DNA of 64,000 bases from the NCBI RefSeq assembly GCF_009914755.1, contig NC_060947.1. One strand, given 5' to 3'. The DNA comes from the human T2T-CHM13v2.0 reference genome, Homo sapiens. Of the stretch, positions 47,747-60,999 are shown piece after piece. A program made the position numbers and the translations under genes. How positions within the stretch are numbered: position 1 is the stretch's first letter; each line of letters begins with the position of its first letter. The notes under the pieces were generated by a model. It did no database searches, had not been told where the DNA came from, and saw only the letters and a program-made list of their open reading frames with translations.

Positions 47747-49333
47747 TTTTTTTTTAAATTTACTTTAAGTTCTGGGATACATGTGCAGAATGTGCAGGTT
47801 TGTTACATAGGTATGCATGTGCCATGGTGGTTTGCGGCACCCATCAACCTGTCATCTAGATTTCTAGCCCCGCATACATTAGATATTTGTCCTAATGCTC
47901 TCCTCCCCTTGCCCCCCACTCCCCGACAGGCCCCAGTGTGTCATGTTCCCGTCTCTGTGTCCATGTGTTCTCACTGTTCAACTCCCAATTATGAGTGAGA
48001 ACATGTGGTGTTTGGTTTTCTGTTCCTGTGTTAATTTGCTGAGAATGATGGTTTCCAGCTTCATCCATATCCCTGCAAAGGACATGAACTCATCCTTTTT
48101 TATGGCTGCATAGTATTCCATGGTGTATTTGTGCCACATTTTCTTTATCCAGTTTATCATTGATGGGCATTTGGGTTGGTTCCAAGTCTTTGCTATTGTA
48201 AATAGTGCTGCAATAGACATACATGTGCATGTGTCTTTATAGTAGAATGATTTATAATCATTACTTTGGGTATATACCCAGCAATGGGATTGCTGGGTCA
48301 AATGGTATTTCTGGTTCTAGATCCTTGAGGAATTGCCACACTGTCTTCTACAATGGTTGAACTAATTTACACTCCCACCAACAGTGTAAAAGCATTCCTA
48401 TTTCTCCATATCCTCACCAGCATCTGTTGTTTCCTGACTTTTTAATAATCGCCATTCTAACTGACGTGAGATGGTATCTCATTGTGGTTTTGATTTGCAT
48501 TTCTCTAATGACCAGTGATGATGAACTTTTGTTCATGTTTGTTTGGCCATGTAAATGTCTTCTTTTGAGAAGTGTCTGTTCATATCCTTTGCCCACTTTT
48601 TGATTGGGTTGTTTTTTTCTTGTACATTTGTTTAAGTTCCTTGTAGAGTCTGGATATTAGCCCTTTGTCAGATGGACAGATTGCAAAAATTTTCTCCCTT
48701 TCTGTAGGTTGCCTGTTCACTCTGATGATAGTTTCTTTTGTTGAGCAAAAGCTCTTTAGTTTAATTAGATCCCATTTGTCAATGTTGACTTTTGTTGCAA
48801 TTGCTTTTGGTGTTTTAGTCATGAAGTCTGCCCATGCCTATGTTTTCTTCTAGGGTTTTTGTGGTTTTAGGTTTTATGTTTAGGTCTTTAATCCATCTTG
48901 AGTTAATTTTTGTATAAGGTGTAAGGAAGGGGTCCAGTTTCAGTTTTCTGCATATGGCTAGGCAGTTTTCCCAACACCATTTATTAAATAGGGAATCCTT
49001 TCCCAATTGCTTGTTTTTGTCATGTTTGTCAAAGATCAGGTGGTTGTAGCTGTGTGGTGTTATTTCTGAGGCCTCTGTTCTGTTCCATTGGTCTATATAT
49101 CTGTTTTGGTACCAGTACCATGCTGTTTTGGTTACTGTAGACTTGTAATATAGTTTGAAGTCAGGTAGCGTGATGCCTCCAGCTTTGTTCTTTTTGCTTA
49201 GGATTGTCTTGGCTATACTGGCTCTTTTTTGGTTCCATATGAAATTAAAATAATTTTTTCTAATTCTGTGAAGAAAATCAATGGTAGCTTGATGGGAATA
49301 TCATTGAATCTATAAATTACTTTGGGTAGTATG
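47747..49333 (-). mobile_element. 5'-truncated L1PA (about PA7-8) nested in the older L1
   Basis: Poly-T, L1 3'UTR and ORF2 C-terminus; 15-bp TSD ttttgccttaatttc at 47732-47746 and 49334-49348. Confidence 0.93.
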
Positions 49334-52058
49334 TTTTGCCTTAATTTCATAGTTTACTCACTGGTCATTCAGAATAAGGTTGTTTAATTTTCATGTAATT
49401 GTATGGTTTTGAGTGTTTTTCTTGTTATTGATTTCTATTTTCATTGTGCTGTGGTCCAAGAATGTGGTCGGTATAATTTTAGTTTTTGTGAATTTGGTGA
49501 AGATTTTTTTATGTCTGTGGTCGCTTCTATAGTATGTGCCACATGTGGCTGAGAAGAGTATACATTCTGTTAATTTTAGATGGAGTGTTCTGTAGATGTC
49601 TATTATTTCCATTTGGTCAAATGTCGAGTTTAGATCCTGAATACTTTTGTTAGGTTTCTGACTCAGTGATCTGTCCAGTACCCTCAGTGGGGCATTGATG
49701 TTTCCCAGTACTGTTATGTGGAAATCTAAGTCTCTTTGTAGGTCTCTAAGAACTTACTTTATGAATCTAGGTGCTCCTGTGTTTGGTGCTTATTTATTTA
49801 GGATAGTTAGGTCTTCTTGAAATCAACCCTTTACCATTTTATAATGCCCAACTTTGTCTTCTTTGATCTTTGTTGGTTTAAAGTCTGTTTTGTCTGAAAT
49901 AAGGATAACAACATCTGCTTGTTCTTGTTTTCTATTTGCTTAGTAGGTTTTTCTCCATCTTTTTTTGTTTGAGCCTATTGCTGTCATTCCATGTGAGATG
50001 GGTCTCTGGAGGACAGCACACCATTGAGTCTTGCTTCTTTATCCATCTTGCCACTCTGTGAATTTTAATTGAGGAACTCATTCCATTTACACTTTAAGTT
50101 AATATTCATATGTGTGGATTTGATCCTGTTATGTTCTTAGCTGGTTATTATGCAGATTTGATTGTGTGGTTGCTTTATAGCATCGATGGTCTGTGTACTT
50201 AAGTGTGTTTATGTAGTGTCTGGTAACAGTCTGTCCCTACCATATTTAGCATTCCTTTTGGGACTTCTTGTAAAGCAGGTCTGGTAGTAAAGGAGTCCCA
50301 TGGTATTTGCTTGTCTGAAAAGGATCTTATTTCTCCTTTGCATATGAAGCTTAGTTTTACTGGATATGAAATACTTGATTGGAAATTCTTTTCTTTGAGA
50401 ATACTGAATATTGGCCTCCAATCACTTCTGGCTTATATGGTTTCTGCTGAAATGTCTGCTGTTAGAATGGTGGAGTTCCCTTTGTAGGTGACCTGCTTTT
50501 CCTCTCTAGCTGTCTTGAACATTATTTCTTTCATTTCAATCTTGGAGAATCTGATGACTATGTGTCTTGGGGTTCACCTTGTGTAGTATCTCATAGGGAT
50601 TCTCTGCATTTCCTGAATTTGAATATTGTCCACTCTACCAAGTTTGGGGAAATTTTCATGGATAATACCCTGAAATTTGTTTTTGAAGTTGCTTGCTTTC
50701 TCTCCCTCTCTTTCAAGGGCACCAATGACTCTCAGATTTGGTGTCTTTACATAATTCCATATTTCTCAGAGGTTTTGTTCATCTTTTTGTTATTCTTTTT
50801 ATTGTTGCATGAGTTAGTTCAGAGAAACACTCTTGAAGATCTGAGATTCTTTCCTCAGCTTGATGTATTCTGTTTGTAATACTTGTGATTGCACTATGAA
50901 ATTCTTACAGTGTGTTTTTCAGCTCTATCATACCCATTTGGTTCTTTCTTAATATGACCATTTTTTTTCTATCAGCTCCTGTAATGTTCCATTGTAATCT
51001 TTAGATTTCTTGGATTGGGTTTTTGACTTTCTCCTGAATCTCAATTATTTTTGTTCTTATCCATATTCTGAATTATATTTCTGTCACTTTAGCCATTTCA
51101 GCCTGATTAAGAACTTTTGCTTGGGACTTCATGCAGTCATTTAAAGGAAAAAAGACACTCTAGCTTTTTGATTTGCAGAGTTATTGCACTGGTTCTTTCT
51201 TATTTGTGTAGGCAGATGTTCCTTTAACTATGGTTTATTTGAGTAGAGTTAGTTGACTTCTTGATGTTTTCAGAGGGATGGGGATTTTGTGCAGTGTCTT
51301 TATTTGCCACTGAGTTCTTGTCCTTGATTTCACAGAGGGGAATATTAGCAAAATATTTTTGGTGTTGAAGTTTGGGCTGTGATCCAGCAGATGGTGGTTA
51401 CTCATAATGACTGGTAGGTACGCTCTTGCTGAGCCATGTGGCTCCTCTGTATTTCCTCATGATTGCAGCCATGCTCACTCCCAATGCTCTGAAAGTGTGA
51501 ACTCCTCTCCCACTCAAATGCTGGCTGAAGACTTTGGATTGGCGCTCTCAGGCTACACAGCGTAGCCCTGGGGTAAGCTCAGGCTTTATGTTTCTTCCCA
51601 AGCTCGGAGACAGCAGAAGAAGGGACATTGGTGGTGGCAGTGGTTGTGGCAGGAGGCATTTCACATGTCTCTTGGGGCTCCACTGCAGAAAAATGCAGAG
51701 CCACTGACAGTAAATGCATTTGGTCTGGGGTGAGGTGGCTGCATTGTGGGCCCAAACCAGGGGGCTCTGCTTGGTGAGGAGCAGGGTGTATGGGAGACTC
51801 ATGTGGAAGACGGACTGACTTCTTCCCTTAGGCTGGCTGAAGATTGATGGAGATGTGGCACTCAGTGTCTTTGCTCCTTTCCTAGTCTGAAGGCAGCAAT
51901 GGCAGTACCACTGGAAGCCTTACATCAGAAAAATGTAGAGCCATTGGTACTGGGAATGTTCATACATAGGGTGGGGAAGCTGCACTGCTGGCCCAAGGTG
52001 GGGAGGCCACATGGTGAAGAGCAGGGGATCGAGGGCTCGGAGAGAGGAGAGACTGAAC

Positions 52059-52190
52059 TGCTATCTGTATGGTGACTCTGTCATGCTGGAAGCATGAGTA
52101 AAGCCCTCAGGTTCTTTTGTTTCCTCAGGATCTTTTGTTTAAGGGCTTTACTCATGCTTCCAGCATGACATGGTCACCATACAGACAGCA
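52059..52190. repeat. Fold-back inverted repeat (49-bp arms, 34-nt loop) overlapping an 18-bp tandem duplication
   Basis: 52059-52107 vs the reverse complement of 52142-52190 shows 3 mismatches; cctcagg(t/a)tcttttgttt at 52105-52122 and 52123-52140. Confidence 0.95.
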
Positions 52191-52362
52191 CAATTTGCAA
52201 TTGTAAAAATACAGAACCAGCCCAAATGCTCATAAATCAATGAGTGGATAAAGAAAATATTTTATATACATATATATAAAACAAAATACTATATATATAT
52301 AAAACAAATGTTTTATATAGATATAGTTTTATATATATATAAAACGAACTACTATATATATA

Positions 52363-52416
<54 letters not shown>

Positions 52417-52728
52417 ACGTAATAATGAAATTCACAGCAACCTAGATGGGATTGAAGACTATTATTCTAAGTGATGTAATTCAGCAGTGGAGAACCAAAC
52501 ATCATATTTTCTCACTCATATGTGGGAGCTAAGCTATGAGGATGCAAAGGCATAAAAATTATACATTGGATTTTGGGGACTTGGGAGAAAGGGTGGGGGC
52601 AGTGAGGGATAAAAGACCACGCATTACTGCTCAGGTGATGGGTGCACCGAAATCTCAGAAATCACCATTAAAGAACTTATTCATGAAACCAAACATCACC
52701 TGTTACCCCAAAGCCTATTGAAATAAAA
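52186..52728 (+). mobile_element. L1PB/L1MA-type 3' end fragment with an internal (TA)/(TG) expansion
   Basis: cagcacaatttgcaattg…aaccagcccaaatg…gggagctaagctatgaggatgcaaaggcataa…aaagcctattgaaataaaa. Confidence 0.88.
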
Positions 52729-53750
52729 TGCGAATTACACCTATGGTTTTTATACAACTAAAACTTGGTAAAGTATCAAAGACATCTGAATTTAATTATC
52801 AAAATGTCTGAATATTGAGTTGGTTTAAAAGTAGTAAAACACATATATACATGAATCATGTATTATATATTTATCTCATAAAATGTATATTTATTGCCTC
52901 AATTTCAGCAAAATAAATTATGTTGTCATGATGAATTTTTTTTTTAAATCAAGAATATCATATCCCTGAAGGAATAAAAAATAAAATGAAGTAACTACTA
53001 AAAGTGTAAAAAAAAAAAAAGACCAAAGAGATATAACCAAATATAATGTGTAAAACGTCACCGGATCCTAGATTAAAAAAAAAAAAAAAACTATAAAAGG
53101 CATTTCAGGGACAATTGAATAGATTTCAACACAACCTTATAGTAGGCAAAATAATGGAATTATTTTTATTGTCTCAATTGTGATAATGCATTATGATTAT
53201 GTAGGAGAATATATTTATTCTTAAGCAATGCACACTAAACTATTTATTCGTTGACTGTCATGACCTCTATTCTACTCACTTTCAAATCGTTCAACTAAAA
53301 ATGTGTGTGTGTGTGTGTGTGTGTGCGCATGTGGATAAATAGGTAAGAGTCATGTGGCAAAATGATGAGCATTGGTAAATTTGGATGAAGGGTATGTGGT
53401 TGTTCATTGCAATATTCTTTCAACTTTTCTGTAGGTTTGAAAAATTTCAAAAGAAATTGTAGAATAAGTGAAGCATTTATTAACAGCTTTATGATAGTAA
53501 ATTTTAAATTGTAGTGAAACCAGCAAATCCCCAGGAGAAATATAACATTAAAATTAACTCAAGAAAGAATAAAATATCCAAAACATTTAACTAGTAGATT
53601 AAATTATTCTGGCAAAAAAAAAAAAAAAAAAAAAAACTCTGAGATATTCAAGGAATAAATAATTCCAGTCTTAAACAAACATATCCAAAAAGTATAGAAA
53701 AGTCTGGAGCTGTCTCACGTTCATTTTATTTTATTTTATTTTATTTTTTT

Positions 53751-54040
53751 AATTTATAAACAACAGAAATTTATTGCTCATACTTCTGGAGGCTGGGAAG
53801 TCCAAGATCAAGGCAACAACACATTCAATGTCTGGTGATATCTTGCTTTCTACTTCCAAGATGGTGCTTTCTTACTGTGACCTCATGTGGTGGAAAGGCA
53901 AGGCAGCTCCCTTCAGATTCATTTATTAGGACACAAATCTCATCCCCAAAGACCCTGCCTCTTAATGTTATTATTACATTGGGTATTAAGTTCAAACAAA
54001 TCAATTTTGGGGGAAACACCAACATTCAGATCATAGTAGG
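53751..54040 (-). mobile_element. MaLR LTR (MST/MLT1A-like) truncated at its poly(A) site
   Basis: aatttataaacaacagaaatttattgctcatacttctggaggctgggaagtccaagatcaagg…aacattcagatcatag. Confidence 0.82.
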
Positions 54041-55952
54041 TAGAATAAATTTCAGATGAAAATTAGCTCCATCCACAAATAACTATTATATTTTATTTGA
54101 TATCCCTACAGAAGCTTAATATGAATACCCATATATACATGATTTAAAAACAAAATATCTGCTGTTTTGTAACATGCTTTTTTTCATTAAGCAAGAATAT
54201 TGGCAATACTGTCCCATGTCATCAAAGATTCTGGTATAACATCACTGAAATGTGGCATAAATATTCCATTATCTGGATGTCACATATTTTATTCAACCAA
54301 ACACCTGTATTTTTCCCCAGTATTTCACTAATATAAAAGTGAGGTGGATGACTTTATATAAAAATCTTTCTATACATCTCAGACAAATTCTTAGAAGTCA
54401 ATAGATAATAAATTGCTAATATATATTGCAAATATGCCCTAGAAAGATAGTATCAATTCATTGTCCTATCAGCAACATTTCCCGGTAAAAATATCCGGGA
54501 CTTAGAAATACAAGAATCACCTACCCTTGACTTCTTTAGCACAATTATCTCCATTATTATAGAAATGCTTCAGACTAGGCCTCTGCCTATGGACATTAGT
54601 CATTCCAAAATATTTACTTCCTTCTCTGACACTTCTGTGGAAAAAATATGCTTCACTACCTCCTTGAGTTTGGGCTTGGCCATGTGGTCTGGGCTTGCCT
54701 GGTTGTGCAGCCTCTCTTGTTTCTCTCACATTGCCATTAGTTCAGTTTCCCATGGAAAGCGTTTAACTGAAGAAGGATGAAGCCTCAGGCAGACTTAGGT
54801 CCAATCAGCAGCTTACAGCTGCCCAGCCAAACCCAGCCTATATCAGCCACATGTGAATGAAATCAACACCTTAGTGTTGTATGACACTGAAATTTTGTGG
54901 TTGTATATTTTGCAACAATGGCTGACTGATACTCTAGTAACTGACAACACCCATGAGAAAGGAACTGACTAGCACCTGGGGCAGGCTGCTCTGTCCTTGG
55001 CTCTTCGCACCTTTCCTTTGATGGGTCTGCGTGATTGCTCCTTAATTTACAGGTGTCAGCAGGTGATTTGAGCTAAAGTTATTATCCTGGTTGTGCCATT
55101 TCAGTCTTACATGTTTTTCCATTTTTACTTTATCTTTGTTCTAAACCTCAGTCCCAATATCCAGTGCAAGAGGCTAATAGAGTGTGGAACAGCATTTGGC
55201 TTCTAAAATGTCGAACTATAATGAGAAAAGGAAAACAATTATTAACAGAACCAGTCACAGACACCCATGGGGTGAATCCTTTTATCCCACACATTGTAAA
55301 GACAGTGCAGTGAGTTTATCAGCAGAGCCTAAACATCAGATGCATGACTTCAATGGAGAAGCTGTGATACAGTTTCTTAAACGCTTAATAAAAAGGATAA
55401 CTTTAGTAAAAAACAAAACAGAACAAAACAACAAGAACCATATGCAGCCTAATTAACTCTTGTGGATAAATTCCAAACATTTTATTCTAGGGACTGCTCA
55501 AGATCCTTGTTCTAGGGACAAATTTTGGTATTTTCAACATTTTATTAACTCATGGAACTTGTGCAAAACCATTCCACAGATAATGATCTCAAGACTATAC
55601 TGCTTATCTCAGTCAATCAACATTTATCAGCCATGTGCAGGAATATCTGTTAAAGACCAGGGATCCAAAGACTCATGCATGTTTCCTGTGCTCAGCACGT
55701 TTACAACCTAACAGAAAAAGAGAGACACAACATATAAATCGGTCCACTTTAGAAGTGCTGTGACTGACCTATGGACAAGGTGCTATCTGAGGGGAGAGGA
55801 ATGATGTAAAACCAGGCTTAACCCAGTACCATGTTTCCCATTCTATCAAACCACACTGCATTTTACATACCAGACCTTTTTGGTTTCATGTTCTGCTTTG
55901 CCTGGCTTCTTGCCACCAAGTCATATACTGTCATCCCAGTTTTTCTACATAA

Positions 55953-56297
<345 letters not shown>

Positions 56298-56888
56298 TAA
56301 GTTCTAGGGTACATGTGCACAAAGTGCAGGTTTGTTACATACTCACATTCATTTTATGAGACCAATAAAACTTTGATCCTCAAACCTGGCAAGGACAATT
56401 CATAAAAAATAAATTACAGGCCAATCTTATTCATGGTCTAAATGTTAGCAAACCAAATTCAGAAATGTATAGTAATGTATATAAAAGATAATACATTATG
56501 ATCAAGGTGAGTTCATTCTATGAATGCAAAGTTGATTTAACATTACAAAAATACAATCCACTCAATGGTTTAAAGGAGAAAAACTGATACTCATGAGATT
56601 TTCTCCACCAGGTATCAAGCCTAATTATAAAACTATTATAAGTAACAGTGTGTGTAGTATTTGAACAAAAATGGAGGCCCCAAAATTGACACTTGCATTA
56701 CTTAATGTAACAGAAATGGTATTGCATATTGGTGGGGAAAGGGTGGGTATTTCAATGAACAATGCTGGGACAACTGGCCATCCATGTAGGTAAAAAATGA
56801 TACAAGAACTCTATCACATCACATACAAAAATTAATTACAGGATGAATTAAGATCTAAATTTGAAAGACAGAAATGTAGTGATTTCAT

Positions 56889-57190
<302 letters not shown>

Positions 57191-58957
57191 TAGTGATTTT
57201 AAAAATAACATAGAAAATGCATTGGGACATGATCTCAGGATCGAAACTTATGGGGAAGTGGAAGAAGCAGCACAGGACAGAAGGAAAGGAAGAACTGCAA
57301 TGCAGTCACAGCAAAGACCTCAGACAATCCTATGGGGCTTCTGGAGCTAGAATGGCCCTTCAAAGCCATCCTGAATTGGGATGGAGGTCAGGACCTTTAT
57401 ATACTCACATCAAACAGCTATTGGATGCAGGCTGACCCTGAGAAAGGTATGTATATTTTGGTCAGCCCTATCTTGGGGAGAAATTCAGCTGAGATGTATC
57501 TGTTGCCAACACTCTCAGTAGCTTGACAATGAGTGCTTCTGTCCTGGAGAGGAGTATCTTGGAGGTACATGATAGCATCCACTATAGACTTCAACAAACA
57601 ATTCAATAGAAAAATCCAAAAGGTCAATAAATATATGAAAAAATTGTCTCATTAGTCCACAAGAAAATGCCAAAGACCCCATAAAATACACTTATACACC
57701 ATTAAATTGTAAAAATTAAAAAAAGACTGTACTGTATATTCGCACAGATGTAGAGAAATTAAAATCCTCCTACACTACTGGTGGAAATGCAAGCTCGCGT
57801 AACTGCATTGAGAAACATTTTGCATAATCTAGCTAACAACAACAACAAAAAGCAAATGCCTTTGTCTCAGCAATTTCATCCCTAGATATTTTCCTTAGAG
57901 AAATTCTTGCACATGTATACCCTCAGACATTTGAAAGAACATTCATAGAAATATTGTTTCTCCTAACATTGTTGCCTCTAAACTTGAAACAACACAAGGA
58001 AACTTCAAAGCTCAACGTGATGAAAACAGGCAAAACTAAACTATGATTTAGGTTTGCATTCATCAGTGGCAAAAATATTTTTTTAAACAGGATAGTACCT
58101 GTAATTTCTTTTACCATATATCATCCAGCACAGAATAGGTTCTCACATATGCTTATTAGATTGAAGTTACTTTAGGCTCTTTGATATTTTATGGTTGAAA
58201 TTGATGAAAATATTTTTTCTGCCCTGCTTTACTCTTTAAAAATTAATGATTTATAGTTATCTTTCTGTTATAGTAAAAGATAATCCTTGATCTAGTTGTA
58301 CATAGCCTATTTTACTCCTTATTAGCTATGAATCTCTAGCCTCCCAGAAGCAGTTGCATTACAAAGCCAAGAGGAGGGGAAATTCAAAGGAGTTTAGAAA
58401 GCCTAAGAAAATAATACTTTAAAGAGGAGGTACAATTGTTGGTTCCTTGTCCATATACAGCCCACAGAGATGTTGCATATGACCTGCAAAGTGTTTTTTT
58501 TTCTGTTTTTAAATTTATTTACCAGCGTGTTAAAATAGAGATTTCCCATTTCTCTGGAAAGAGAAAATCTGACACCAGTGAACCTGCATTCCTCCCGGGC
58601 AACAAATGGGTAGAGCTAAGTAGGGCTGCCTTCTTCCGGCAAAACAGGCATGCCTGATTCTGCTTGCTTCACTCATATACCATGGTTCTTTTACTCTGGG
58701 TCTATGGAATCCTGAGAGACCAGTGAATAGAATTCAAGGAGATCTGTGAACTTGGATGGGGAAAGAAGTTATGTTGTTATTTTCATTAACCTCTAACTGA
58801 AATTTAGCATTTCTTTCTACTGTGAATATAAACAAGCCACAGTTGTATCAATAGTACCTCCTCAACAGTGTGCATTGCACACATTTTTATACCAATTTCA
58901 TTTGTTGCAGATATCTGAAACATTTTTGATTCTCATTACTTTTTGAAAATTATGGAG

Positions 58958-60998
58958 ACATCAGGAAGATGGTGGAATAGGACTTTTCAGTGTTTGTTCC
59001 CCTACAGAAACATCAATTTGAACAACACTCCACACATGAAAATACCTTCACAAAAGCTAAGGAAACCTGGTGAACTATTACAAAACCTAGATGTAGCACA
59101 AAAATTAAAAAGATGCATTAAGGAATGTAGGGAGGACAGTTTTACAATACCCACATCACTCTTCTTTCATACCCAGGCAGCACAGTGTGTAGAGAGATAC
59201 CCTATGCTTGGGGGAGAAGGGAGAAGTGATCACAGGACTTTGCCTTGGACCCCAACAGTGGGCTGACCCAAGTAAAACCCAGCACTGGGCATGCCCCCAC
59301 AACCCAGACCCCATGGCAGTACCCACAGACTAAGCTTCTAAGCCCACCCCAACACTAGGCCAAATCCCACAATCTCAGGCTCCAGGCATGCCAAAACAGA
59401 CTTGGACTCTGGATCACCATACCACCAGGTTAATTACAGTGGCCCCACGCTCCAGGACTGGCCCCAGTTGTCCTGGGCTTCAGATCCACTGTAGTACCAG
59501 GCCATTCCCCACAGACTCAGGCTCCTGGCCAACCCCAGGAACAGACAAATCTCCAATCCTAGTCATCATGCTGGTACCTGCAAGCCAGCCTCCATGTTGG
59601 TCCCTGTGTATACAAACTCTAAGATTACTCAGTACCTAGCCAGCCCCTGCATGCCCTGCTACAAGTCAGCTCCAGGTTTCAGACCAACCCAGAGTCAAGT
59701 TGGCAAACACATCCTCAGGCTTCAGGCCCACCCCACTGCCAAGTCAGCACCCCCGGTCTCAAGTACCACACTGGCACTTGTGGACATAGATTCTAGGCCT
59801 GCTTAGGGCTAGGCTGGTCCTTGCCTCTGCACTCTCCATGCTGGCCTTACAGTCCCTTGCTCTAGCAAATCCAGGGTCCAATCCTGCTCCAGAAAATCCA
59901 GAGTCCAGGCCTATCAGAGAAGATCCCAGTGCTGGGCCAGACCCCACATACCTAAGCTTCAGGTCTGCCCCTATGAACTCAGGTCCCATGTGAGTCCTTG
60001 TGGTCCAAGTTCAACTCTTGCAGACCTAGCCTGTGGGCCAACACCCACACAGCTAGCTTTCAAGCTGGCCTCAGAATAGTCAGGCTCCAAGTCAGTCCCA
60101 CAGCCTCAGCCTCCAGACCAGGTCCTGTGGCTCAAGGCTCTAGGCCAGCATGCATAATGCCTGGATCCACATCTTCTGCCACAGACCTAGACTCCATGCT
60201 TACCCCTGCACCAGGCTGGCTCTAGGATAGGCTCTGTAGCCCCAGGTTCTAGTGGCCCAAGCGTTCAAGCCAGCTCCATTAGACTCAAAAGTTCAGGCCT
60301 AACCCAGGGGATCCCAGTGACAGACTGGCCTCCATGAATCAAGGCTAAGGACCATTCCAGCAGACAAGGACTTTAGGCCAACACTTATGGACCCAGGTCC
60401 TAGGACTGCCCCTATGGAGTGAGGCCCCAGACGTTTTTCAGTGGACCCAAGGGCCAGGCCCAGCTCCAGCTTAGTTCCTGGCTGGCCTCTGCAAACTCAG
60501 GCTCAAGGCTGACCCTTATGCCAGGTAAGCCCCTGTGGATACAGGACAAATGCCCCAGGCCCACCCTCCTGGATACAAGGTCCAGGCCCACTACTGCAGA
60601 CCCAATTAGCTGGTTTCTCCTGGTAGATACAAGCTCCAAAACTCCCAAGCCAAACCCCATGGACTCAGATGCCAGGGCCTCTCACCTGCTGACTCAGACC
60701 AGGTTACCCAAGGATTTCAGCAACAAGTCCAATCACAGCCCACACTAGATGGCATTCTCATAATTACTAGACAGGCTGGTAAAAGTTTTCTCAGAAAAAG
60801 TCAGTCTGCAAAGACTGAAATAATTACCTACTTATACAAATGAGTGGATATTAATATATGGCAACAAGAAACATTAAAAAATGAGGTGTAACACCACCAA
60901 AAGAATACAATAATTTTCCAGTAGAAAAGCCCCCAAAATGGAGGAGATATGTGAACTGCATGACAAATAATCCAAGATAATTCTTTTAAGAAACTCTG
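58958..60998 (+). mobile_element. Old L1M 5'UTR with degenerate C-rich internal repeats and an ORF1 start remnant
   Basis: Starts catcaggaagatggtggaatagga; recurring ccaggc/ggccc units at 59280-60740; ORF1-like acaccaccaaaagaatacaataatt…gaactgcatgacaaa…aagaaactc. Confidence 0.7.
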
Positions 60999-60999
60999 C

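Noticed and set aside
52059-52190. Hairpin as a pre-miRNA
   Set aside because: The 34-nt loop, the L1-derived arm and the position at a rearrangement junction fit a template-switch scar better; no expression evidence is available.
59280-60750. GC-richer region with many short ORFs as a gene, CpG island or CRISPR-like array
   Set aside because: CpG-depleted degenerate repeats lying between an L1 5' start motif and an ORF1 remnant; no constant repeat-spacer structure.
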